A stretch of DNA of 64,000 bases from an uncultured Eubacteriales bacterium (lineage in GTDB: Bacteria > Acidobacteriota > Aminicenantia > Aminicenantales > Aminicenantaceae), in assembly GCA_964347035.1 (NCBI GenBank), contig CAYFXE010000002.1, positions 17,692-81,691 of the forward strand. The letters are read 5' to 3'. The position numbers were made by a program, and so were the translations under genes. The notes beneath the pieces are model-generated. The model saw nothing but the letters and a program-made list of their open reading frames with translations, was not told the origin of the DNA and searched no databases. This document shows positions 43,886-52,301 of this stretch, piece after piece (the stretch's first letter is position 1; each line of letters starts with the position of its first letter).

Positions 43886-46360
43886 ATGAAAAAAAGACTT
43901 TGTTATCAGACTTTTATTTCTCTTACTGTTATCATTGCGCTTATTATGTTTGATGGCTGTCAGAAGGAAACAGAGACCTTCAGGATCACTGGAGAAACAG
44001 ATTACAATCTCCTCATCATAACTTTGGACACGACCCGGGCGGATCGAATCGGCGCTTATGGGTATGTGAAAGCAGAGACCCCTTATATTGACAGCCTTGC
44101 TCAATCCGGAATACTGTTTAAGAATTGTTATGCTTCTGTGCCTCTAACTCTTCCCTCACACGTGACTCTTTTTACCGGCAGAGAGCCGATCGCCCATGGA
44201 GTCCGGAACAACGGCACATATGTCTTAAGACAGGAAGAAAATACCCTGGCTGAAGCCATGCAGGGCCTGGGCTACAAGACTTTTGCCGTCATTGCCTCCT
44301 TCACTCTTCACTCGAAATTCGGGTTGAGCCAGGGGTTCGAGGTGTATGACGACTCTCTCGACTTCAACATAGCTGCTAACAACATAAGAACGGAAATCAG
44401 AGCAGATAAAGTGTATGCCAAGTTTAGAAGCTGGTTCGAGAAAAACCATGGTCAGAAATTTTTTTCCTGGGTTCACTTCTACGACCCGCACAGCCCCTAC
44501 GACCCTCCTCCTGAATATAAGTCAAGGTTCAGTGACGATCATTATGATGGGGAAATCGCCTATATGGATGGGTTCGTCGGCCGAATCATCCAAGACCTGA
44601 AGTCCAAAGGAATTCTGGATAAAACGTTGATCATCGTTGCCGGGGATCATGGTGAGGCCTTCGGAGAGCATAAAGAATACGGGCACGGTATTTTCTGCTA
44701 CGAAGAAAGTCTCAAAGTCCCGCTAATTGTCAGTAATCAAGTGATATTTAAGGAAGAGAACAGAGTGATTTCCCAAAGGGTTAAATTAGCAGACATCATG
44801 CCGACAGTGCTCGAGCTGTTTGGATCGGACACGCCTCAAAATATCCAGGGAGAAAGCCTAGCGCCGCTCCTGTTTAGAGGAGAGGGAAGTCATGAGACTC
44901 AGATTTATGTAGAAAGCCTGTTCGGGAAAGAAGACATGGGGTGGGCTCCCCTGACAGGAATGATTCTAGGCGATCATAAATACATCTCGCTGCCGACTCC
45001 TGAATTGTATGATTTAGCGAGCGACTCTGAGGAGAGGACTAATCTTTTTGAAGTGAAGACGGCTCTCGCCAAAGAAATCGATGAAAGACTGAGTCAGTAT
45101 ATTCAAGTCCAGGCAGAATCCGGAACCGGGACTCGAAGGTCGCTGACAGCAGCGGATAGAGAAAGATTGGAGTCCCTGGGCTACGTCTCTCCTTTTTCCG
45201 AAAAGTCAAAAAGAGAAATAGACCCTAAAAACGGAATCGATCTGTTGAATGATGTCCTTGCCGTCAAGGAGCTCATTGATGAGGGAAATCTAGAGGAGGC
45301 CAAAAAGAAGCTGCCCGATCTCCTGGAATCGGAAAAAGGAGTCGGGATCCCTCCGTTTTACGATAACCTAATCAACATGTACCGAGATCAGGGGGACATG
45401 GACAAGGCGATTCAGATCTTGGAAAAAGCCGTCCAACAGTTTCCGGCGAAAAAAAGATTCCGGGTCAACCTGGCCCTGTTCTATCTTGAGGCAGGCAAAG
45501 TTCAGGAGGCCGAAAGGCTGAGCTTAGCTATAGTCGACGAATATCCCGATGTTGCCCAAGCCCACAGCCTCCTCGCCTTGATATATAAAGGAAAGGGGGA
45601 GCTCGAAAAGGCTGTTTCTTATTATCTGAAGGCAAGGGAGATTGAGCCCGCCAATGTCTTGCTCAACCTGAATCTGGCCGAGGTAGAGTTAGAAAGAGGA
45701 ACTCGGCTCAAAGCTGTCGAGCTGCTTGATTCACTCGTCCAAAACGATGTGCTGATGGAAGAACCCGACAGCTCGAAAGTGAGGATTCGGCTGGGGGTTT
45801 TATTGGCGAGAGGAGGCGAGTATGAGCGGGCCATCGATCTCTTCTTAAAAATCATTGGAAATAACAATGCTGATGCCGAGGTCTGGACTCATCTAGGTCT
45901 ATCCTACTTCAACAAGGGAGATCTCGAAAAAGCCCAGGTTGCCTACGACGAGGCTCTGAAGTTGGACAGCAAAAATGCCTTGGCTCTGAGCAGTTTGGGA
46001 ACACTCAATCTTTCTTTATTCAGGGCCGAGAAAAACAGAGAATACTATAATCAGGCCCTTAACTTCTACCAGAGAGCCATCGAGACCGACCCGAATCTGG
46101 CCTCTGCTCACAACGGGATTGCTGTTGCCTACAGGTTTGCTAACAAGAATGAGTTGGCCGTTTCTCACTGGAAGAAAGCCATCGAAGCGAAGCCGGACTT
46201 TACCAACGCCTACATCAACCTTGGTATAACGTTGATTAACTTGAGACAAAAAGAAAAAGCTCTCGAGTACCTCCACCGCTGCCAGGAGAAATACTTCTCC
46301 CGTATGAACCGTGAAGATCAAAAACAACTCCTTGAATTAATCGCCGAAGCCAAGAACTAG
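43886..46360 (+). CDS. sulfatase-like (alkaline-phosphatase superfamily) enzyme fused to a long C-terminal TPR array (paralog 1)
   Basis: 'LLIITLDTTRADRIG', 'PLTLPSHVTLFTGR' and 'VAGDHGEAFGEH'. About 8 or more TPR-like repeats in the C-terminal half. Confidence 0.8.
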   Translation: MKKRLCYQTFISLTVIIALIMFDGCQKETETFRITGETDYNLLIITLDTTRADRIGAYGYVKAETPYIDSLAQSGILFKNCYASVPLTLPSHVTLFTGREPIAHGVRNNGTYVLRQEENTLAEAMQGLGYKTFAVIASFTLHSKFGLSQGFEVYDDSLDFNIAANNIRTEIRADKVYAKFRSWFEKNHGQKFFSWVHFYDPHSPYDPPPEYKSRFSDDHYDGEIAYMDGFVGRIIQDLKSKGILDKTLIIVAGDHGEAFGEHKEYGHGIFCYEESLKVPLIVSNQVIFKEENRVISQRVKLADIMPTVLELFGSDTPQNIQGESLAPLLFRGEGSHETQIYVESLFGKEDMGWAPLTGMILGDHKYISLPTPELYDLASDSEERTNLFEVKTALAKEIDERLSQYIQVQAESGTGTRRSLTAADRERLESLGYVSPFSEKSKREIDPKNGIDLLNDVLAVKELIDEGNLEEAKKKLPDLLESEKGVGIPPFYDNLINMYRDQGDMDKAIQILEKAVQQFPAKKRFRVNLALFYLEAGKVQEAERLSLAIVDEYPDVAQAHSLLALIYKGKGELEKAVSYYLKAREIEPANVLLNLNLAEVELERGTRLKAVELLDSLVQNDVLMEEPDSSKVRIRLGVLLARGGEYERAIDLFLKIIGNNNADAEVWTHLGLSYFNKGDLEKAQVAYDEALKLDSKNALALSSLGTLNLSLFRAEKNREYYNQALNFYQRAIETDPNLASAHNGIAVAYRFANKNELAVSHWKKAIEAKPDFTNAYINLGITLINLRQKEKALEYLHRCQEKYFSRMNREDQKQLLELIAEAKN

Positions 46361-46423
46361 TTTCCTCTTAATTCAAATTAATCCCGCATTTGGTTTTAGA
46401 GAATATCATTCCCTCTCCATTCT

Positions 46424-46655
46424 GTCATTCCTGCGAAGCTTGTGCCTGCGTAGGCAGGAAACCTTACCTTCGTCATTCCTGCGTAAGCAGGAAACCAGGC
46501 TTGTCCGCGTGAAGACAGGAATTCAATTTTTTTTCACGTTGAGAGGAGACTGGATTCCCGCTTTCGCGGGAATGACAGAGAGGCGCGGGAATGACCTGAG
46601 ATAAGACTAGATTCCCCCTACCTGCCTGCACGATTCCAGGCTTCGAAGGGATGAT
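46424..46655. repeat. cluster of GTCATTCCTGCG / GGAATGAC hairpin repeats (about 6 units, mixed orientation)
   Basis: GTCATTCCTGCGAAGC..., CGTCATTCCTGCGTAAGCAGGAAACCAGGCTTGTCC..., GGATTCCCGCTTTCGCGGGAATGAC, GCGGGAATGAC. Confidence 0.85.
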
Positions 46656-46699
46656 ATACGCTCGTGTCTGTATTTTGAGCAAATTTCATGCGATTTAAT

Positions 46700-46720
46700 G
46701 AATGAAATTTAGACAAATTC
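46700..46720 (+). promoter_or_regulatory. distal conserved upstream motif
   Basis: GAATGAAATTTAGACAAATTC. TTAGACA lies 154 nt upstream of the promoter GG, compared with 152 nt at the 40246 promoter. Confidence 0.55.
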
Positions 46721-46796
46721 CTTCGTATATTGATTATTCCAAATAATTTCAGTAACTTAGAGTCTTTTCATCCCTTCTTTTTGCTGGGTTATGTAT

Positions 46797-46813
46797 AAAA
46801 AATAGACAAATCC
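46797..46813 (+). promoter_or_regulatory. proximal upstream half-site
   Basis: AAAAAATAGACAAATCC. ATAGACA lies 61 nt upstream of the promoter GG. Confidence 0.45.
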
Positions 46814-46861
46814 CTCCTTCAGTATCTGTATTCCCCTGAGGAAACCCTCTATGATCACGGT

Positions 46862-46877
46862 TGGCATAATTTTTGCT
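46862..46877 (+). promoter_or_regulatory. sigma-54 (-24/-12) promoter motif
   Basis: TGGCATAATTTTTGCT, with GG and GC spaced 12 nt apart. Confidence 0.75.
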
Positions 46878-47094
46878 CAATAGAGGTCGATGTTCATGTT
46901 CCAGCGGAGAAGTATCAAACCAGATTTATTGCAGGTGTTCGAACCCAAAGAAACAGGACACAAGAGAAAAAAAAAGAAAAAGAAGAGAAAGGAGGTGAAT
47001 ATGAAAAAGGACAAAAAAAATAGGTGAGCCAAAAAGAGGAGTATATATCAATGACTTATTCAAAAAATTCTCATTACCAAGAAAGGAGGAAAAA

Positions 47095-50040
47095 TTGAAG
47101 AAAGCTATACTTTTGATCATTGTTCTAATCCTGTTTCTCTTCCTGTCATGGGATTTCGTTGCTGCTCAGGAGTTTGGTTCTATTAAAGGCGTTGTGAAGG
47201 ATGCTGACGAAGCCCCTCTTCTTGGTGTGACGGTGACTCTAACCGGGTCTAAGATTGCGACGATGACCGACATCACTTCAGAAGGAGGACATTTTCGGTT
47301 TTTGAAACTCCCTGTGGCCAGTGACTATACACTCAAGATCCAGCTACCTGGGTTTAAAACCATCACGAGAGAGAAACTAAGAGTATCTTTCGCGAAAGAC
47401 GTCATCCTGAACATCACGATGGAGATGGCCGAGATCATGGAGGAGATCACAGTTATCGGAGAAGCTCCTGTCATCGATACCAAGAGGGCCGAGGTTGGAG
47501 TGAACGTCACTCAAGAAATGCTCATGCAGCTTCCCACAGCCAGGAATCCCTGGGTGATGATGGATGTCATTCCGGGTATGCTGGTGGATAAATCCGATGT
47601 CGGAGGAAATGAAGCCGGGCAACAGTCGACGTATTACGGCCATGGCACTGATATGGATGACAGCACCTGGAGTGTCGATGGCGCGAACATCACGGATAAT
47701 TCTGCCCTTGGGTCTGCACCCGCCTATCTCAACCTGGCCAGCTACGAGCAAGTTCAGGTCAACTACGGAAACAACGACATCAAGTCTCAGACGGGCGGTG
47801 TCCAGATCAACCTCGTCAGCAAACGGGGTGGTAACAGGTACTCGGGGACGTTTTATCTGGATGTCGAGAGGAACGCCTGGCAGTCAGATAACGTTTCAGA
47901 AGAACTGAAGGATATCGGTTACACTGCAGCTGGAATCAACCGCCTTTATCTCTACGGCGCCAATTTCGGTGGACCAATCATCAGAGATAAAGCCTGGTTC
48001 TATGCTTCATGGGGAATCCAGGATATAGACGGTTTGACTCTGGCAGGAACATCGGACAAGACCTGGCTGGCCTCTGGCTATGCCCGGTTGGATTTTCAGT
48101 TCACTCCCACCACGCGGGCCAATTTCTTTGTCGAGTATGACAACAAGCAAAAATGGAACAGGCCATGGATCGGTGCCACTTTGCAGAGTTCTGAAACTAT
48201 GTGGAACCAGACGGGACCTAACTATCTTTGGAAAGGAGAGGTGGACCAGATCTTCGGAAACCTGCTGCTCAACACAAAATTCATCTATACAAATGGAGGG
48301 TTCGCCTTGGCCCCCGTTAACCCGCATACCTCTGATGGTTCTGGCGATTACATGGTTTGGGAATATTACCCGACCTTTTACATGACCGGAAACACTATCA
48401 GCGTTGATACGGACAGAAACCAGAAAAATCTCAACCTCAATGGTATCTATTTCGCCGAGAATCTCCTGGGCGCTGAGCATGAATTCAAGTTTGGGGTGGA
48501 TTATGTGAGCGCCACGACCTACTCCCTGACTGCGTTTGAAAGCGATGTCTGGCTTGCTGACTATGGACCTGATGATAGTCTCCCCTCTGGAAAATGGATG
48601 GAGGCATGGCTGGTCAGAGATTACATCGTAAATTATTACTTCCAGCGGTTTTCTGCCTTTCTCCAGGATACGATCACCTTAGGTCGCCTCACCCTGAACC
48701 TTGGAGCCAGGTATGACCGGGAACTATCGAAAGTGAAAGATCTCGAAATCCCGGCCAACATGCTGTTTCCCGAATTCATGCCCGCCGTGAGCCTGGATGA
48801 GTTTGATCCTGGAATCGCCTGGAATGTCATTTCCCCAAGAATCAGTTTGACTTACGACCTGTTCGGCAACGGGAAGGATGTCATTAAACTGGCTGTAGCT
48901 CGTTACGGGACTCAATCTGGAAACAACATCGCTGATTTTATCAACCCCGTGGGCTGGACCGAGGTCGATCTGCTCTGGCAGGACTTAAACGCCGATAGCC
49001 GTATTACCTCAGATGAACTCTTCGGGTATGATTGGGATACAGGGGAGTTGAGAGATCGCAACAATCCTGATTTCTGGCTGTTTTACGACGGCCTCGATCC
49101 TAATGACCCGACATCCATCAAAGCCTTGAACCAGTTTGATCCGGATTACAATACCCCGCTGCTGGATGAGCTCACTCTCTCTTACGAAAAAGAACTTCTT
49201 CCTGACCTCGCTACCCGAGTCGAGTTTTTCTACAAGAAAAGGCACCACCAGGACTGGATCAGGAAAATGGAAATCGACGGAACACTCGAGACCGAAGATA
49301 ACTATTATGTCGCCGGTCATGACGAAACCACAGGTTACGACTACTACGGCCGTGATGAATTCTTTCCTTACAGGTACATGACAAATCATGACAAAGCCTT
49401 TGACCGCTACCTGGCTGGACAGCTGGTTGTCAGCAAGAGGCTGTCTAACAAATGGATGTTGAACGGCTCGTTCACCTGGTCTGACTGGAGAAGATACTAC
49501 AAGGGTGAATACCTCGGAGTTATGGACTATGAAATGATAGCCGAAGAGATGGAAGTCGGATTAAACAACGAGGAATATTTCGACGGCGGAGTGGTGGCTG
49601 TGGAAAGCTCCGGTTCCGGAGTAGAAAATGTCTGGCCCAATTCCAGATGGCAGTTCAAACTCTCTGGCCTCTATCAGTTACCCTATGGATTCAACGTCAG
49701 CGGTGTTTTTGCAGCTCGTGAGGGATACGTCAGGGCCACCCATGTTATGATTCAGGTTCCAGGAATAGGGCAGGAAGAGATCTACGGAAATCCCGATGGC
49801 AGTCAAGGAAAATTCGGAGACCAGCGGCTGCCCAATCATTATGTGCTCAACCTGAGGTTGGAGAAATCCTTCAGGATTTCCGACACTTCAACTGTCGCTG
49901 TCGCTGCTGATGCCTTCAACGTGTTAAACTCGGCTCATCCCTTACAGCAAGAGAATCGCATCACCGCCGATACGTTCGGACAGAGTTTGTTACTCCTCAG
50001 CCCGAGAGTCTTCAGATTCGGAATACGGTTCAGCTTCTAA
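47095..50040 (+). CDS. CarboxypepD_reg-domain TonB-dependent-receptor-like outer-membrane protein (paralog 2)
   Basis: TTG start with AAAGGAGG 5 nt upstream; signal peptide; 'GSIKGVVKDADEAPLLGVTVTL'; plug-like 'STWSVDGANITDN'; C-terminal 'RFGIRFSF'. Confidence 0.8.
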   Translation: MKKAILLIIVLILFLFLSWDFVAAQEFGSIKGVVKDADEAPLLGVTVTLTGSKIATMTDITSEGGHFRFLKLPVASDYTLKIQLPGFKTITREKLRVSFAKDVILNITMEMAEIMEEITVIGEAPVIDTKRAEVGVNVTQEMLMQLPTARNPWVMMDVIPGMLVDKSDVGGNEAGQQSTYYGHGTDMDDSTWSVDGANITDNSALGSAPAYLNLASYEQVQVNYGNNDIKSQTGGVQINLVSKRGGNRYSGTFYLDVERNAWQSDNVSEELKDIGYTAAGINRLYLYGANFGGPIIRDKAWFYASWGIQDIDGLTLAGTSDKTWLASGYARLDFQFTPTTRANFFVEYDNKQKWNRPWIGATLQSSETMWNQTGPNYLWKGEVDQIFGNLLLNTKFIYTNGGFALAPVNPHTSDGSGDYMVWEYYPTFYMTGNTISVDTDRNQKNLNLNGIYFAENLLGAEHEFKFGVDYVSATTYSLTAFESDVWLADYGPDDSLPSGKWMEAWLVRDYIVNYYFQRFSAFLQDTITLGRLTLNLGARYDRELSKVKDLEIPANMLFPEFMPAVSLDEFDPGIAWNVISPRISLTYDLFGNGKDVIKLAVARYGTQSGNNIADFINPVGWTEVDLLWQDLNADSRITSDELFGYDWDTGELRDRNNPDFWLFYDGLDPNDPTSIKALNQFDPDYNTPLLDELTLSYEKELLPDLATRVEFFYKKRHHQDWIRKMEIDGTLETEDNYYVAGHDETTGYDYYGRDEFFPYRYMTNHDKAFDRYLAGQLVVSKRLSNKWMLNGSFTWSDWRRYYKGEYLGVMDYEMIAEEMEVGLNNEEYFDGGVVAVESSGSGVENVWPNSRWQFKLSGLYQLPYGFNVSGVFAAREGYVRATHVMIQVPGIGQEEIYGNPDGSQGKFGDQRLPNHYVLNLRLEKSFRISDTSTVAVAADAFNVLNSAHPLQQENRITADTFGQSLLLLSPRVFRFGIRFSF

Positions 50041-50066
50041 GCTGATTTTACTCCATTCATCCCGGG

Positions 50067-50099
50067 CCCCTTCCGCTTCGGCGGAAGGGGCTTTTTTTT
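50067..50099 (+). terminator. rho-independent terminator
   Basis: CCCCTTCCGC-TTCG-GCGGAAGGGG followed by a T8 run. Confidence 0.85.
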
Positions 50100-50153
50100 G
50101 GCCTGTATCGATGCTAAAATTTGGATGTTCTGAGTGAGAAAGTAAATTTTAAA

Positions 50154-52280
50154 ATGAGAAGAAATTTTCGATTTCCTGTTCTGTTTATCATCTTGATTGT
50201 TTTCTTGGTTTCTGTTCTTGGATTCTCGAAGACAGATGTCAAAAAATCAAAGTACAATTTATTGATAATCACCATCGATACCTTAAGGCCGGATAGACTG
50301 AGCTGTTACAACACAAAAAATGTTGAGACACCGAACATCGATAAGATTGCCCAGAGAGGAGTTCTGTTTACCAAGGCCTTTGCCCATACGCCGACAACCC
50401 TGCCTTCGCATACCAACATTCTCCTCGGGACAACGCCTCTTTATCATGGGATCCACGACAACTCGAATTTTATCGTCGACGAGGAATTCCTGACCTTAGC
50501 CGAACATTTAAAAAGTCATGGTTACGCCACTGCAGCCTTCGTTGGAGCCTTCCCGCTGGATTCGAGGTTCGGTTTGACCCAGGGCTTTGACGTTTACGAT
50601 GACAATTACGGAAGCAAGAGCCATCAGGAATTTTCTTATGTAGAGAGGAGAGCCGAAGTCGTTATCGACAAAGCCTTAGATTGGATACAGGAGAGGCAGA
50701 ATCCCTGGTTTCTGTGGGTTCACTGCTTCGATCCTCACCAGCGGTACGATCCTCCAGAGCCTTTCAAAAGTCAATTTCGAGGCCGCGCCTATGACGGAGA
50801 AGTGGCCTATGTGGACCATGCCTTAGGGCGATTGTTCGGCCTCCTTCAAGAAAAAGAGCATATGGATGAAACACTGATCATTTTCACTGCCGACCATGGC
50901 GAAGCTTTAGGGGAGCACGGGGAAAAGACACACGGGTATTTTGCCTACAACGCAACGATATGGGTTCCTCTGATTGTGTATTATCCGGGCCTCACACCAG
51001 GTCATGTCCATCAACCCGTCTGTCATGCGGATATTTTCCCCACGGTCTGTGATATCCTGGGATTAGAAAAACCTTCCTTTCTCCATGGACTCTCTCTTTT
51101 ACCCTTGATGGAAGGGAAAAAACTGGACAGCAGGATGATTTATTTCGAATCTCTGTATCCTTATTACACCCGAAGCTGGGCACCGCTCCGGGGTTTTATC
51201 CAGAGTAACGAAAAATACATCGACTCTCCGATCCCTGAATTATATAACCTGGAAGAAGACTTTGATGAGCATGAAAACCTTGCTCAAACAAAAACCCTAA
51301 GTCAGTACAGCAAGAGACTTTCAAGATTAATCGAGGAACAGGTATATGCTGATAAAAAAAAGACCACGAAACGAGTCGATCGAGAGGCCCTCGAGAAGCT
51401 TAAGAGTCTGGGCTACGTTTCTGGTACCCAAAGCCCCCCAAAAAAAAGCTTCACTGAGAAGGATGACCTGAAAACCCTTCTTCCTTATCAAAACAAATTG
51501 ATGGAGGCCATGCGGGCCTATGACGGCGCTCGTTTTGAAGAAAGTATATCCATCTTAAAAAACATCATTAAGGAAAGAAAAGATCTCTCTCAAGCCTACT
51601 CTCATCTGGCCACAGTCTATAAAGAACAAAGAAGATTACAAGAGGCGATGGACATTCTCGAGCAAGGATTGGAAAACAATCCAGAGAGCTACAGGATCAT
51701 CGAAACCTACGGGATCATACTCACTGAAGCCGGAGAGTATGATCGGGCACTCGAGATCCTCCAGGATGGTTTGAAGTACATTGATTATGATCCTGAGATA
51801 TGGAATTATCTGGGAGTGGCCTACTGGAAAAAGGGAGACTTCCAGAATGCCCATGAGGCCTTCCAGAAGGTTCTGGCATTGGACGACAACTACTCCATCG
51901 TTTTTAATAATCTTGGGTCTCTGTATCTATCTCAGTCTTTAAAAACTAGAAATGTCGATGATCTAAGACAGGCCATCCGGAATTTTAAGAAAGCCATAGA
52001 ACTCGATCCCGGGTATGCAGAGGCGTACAATGGCTTAGGAAGTGCTTACGGAAATGCTGGGAATTTGGAGGCAGCGATTCAAAGTTGGGAAAGAGCCCTA
52101 GAACTCAAGCCGGATTATGATTTTCCACTTTATAATCTCGGGCTTTCCTATTTAAGCAAAGGGAACAAAAGCAGAGCTTTGGGCTATTTCGACAGATATA
52201 AAGCAAAGCATTACCAAAGGCTTTCCTCTGAAGAGAAGAAAAAACTCGACGACCTCATCCAGAGATGTCAGGATAGATAA
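50154..52280 (+). CDS. sulfatase-like enzyme fused to C-terminal TPR array (paralog 2)
   Basis: The likely ATG is at 50154, giving signal peptide MRRNFRFPVLFIILIVFLVSVLG. Motifs 'LLIITIDTLRPDRL', 'PTTLPSHTNILLGT' and 'TADHGEALGEHGE', plus TPR repeats. Confidence 0.8.
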   Translation: MRRNFRFPVLFIILIVFLVSVLGFSKTDVKKSKYNLLIITIDTLRPDRLSCYNTKNVETPNIDKIAQRGVLFTKAFAHTPTTLPSHTNILLGTTPLYHGIHDNSNFIVDEEFLTLAEHLKSHGYATAAFVGAFPLDSRFGLTQGFDVYDDNYGSKSHQEFSYVERRAEVVIDKALDWIQERQNPWFLWVHCFDPHQRYDPPEPFKSQFRGRAYDGEVAYVDHALGRLFGLLQEKEHMDETLIIFTADHGEALGEHGEKTHGYFAYNATIWVPLIVYYPGLTPGHVHQPVCHADIFPTVCDILGLEKPSFLHGLSLLPLMEGKKLDSRMIYFESLYPYYTRSWAPLRGFIQSNEKYIDSPIPELYNLEEDFDEHENLAQTKTLSQYSKRLSRLIEEQVYADKKKTTKRVDREALEKLKSLGYVSGTQSPPKKSFTEKDDLKTLLPYQNKLMEAMRAYDGARFEESISILKNIIKERKDLSQAYSHLATVYKEQRRLQEAMDILEQGLENNPESYRIIETYGIILTEAGEYDRALEILQDGLKYIDYDPEIWNYLGVAYWKKGDFQNAHEAFQKVLALDDNYSIVFNNLGSLYLSQSLKTRNVDDLRQAIRNFKKAIELDPGYAEAYNGLGSAYGNAGNLEAAIQSWERALELKPDYDFPLYNLGLSYLSKGNKSRALGYFDRYKAKHYQRLSSEEKKKLDDLIQRCQDR

Positions 52281-52301
52281 ATATTCAACAGGGATAGGAT
52301 C

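Noticed and set aside
46926-46950. tRNA-like 'GGTGTTCGAACCC' T-loop motif.
   Set aside because: The flanking bases cannot form T-stem, acceptor or anticodon arms, so there is no cloverleaf.
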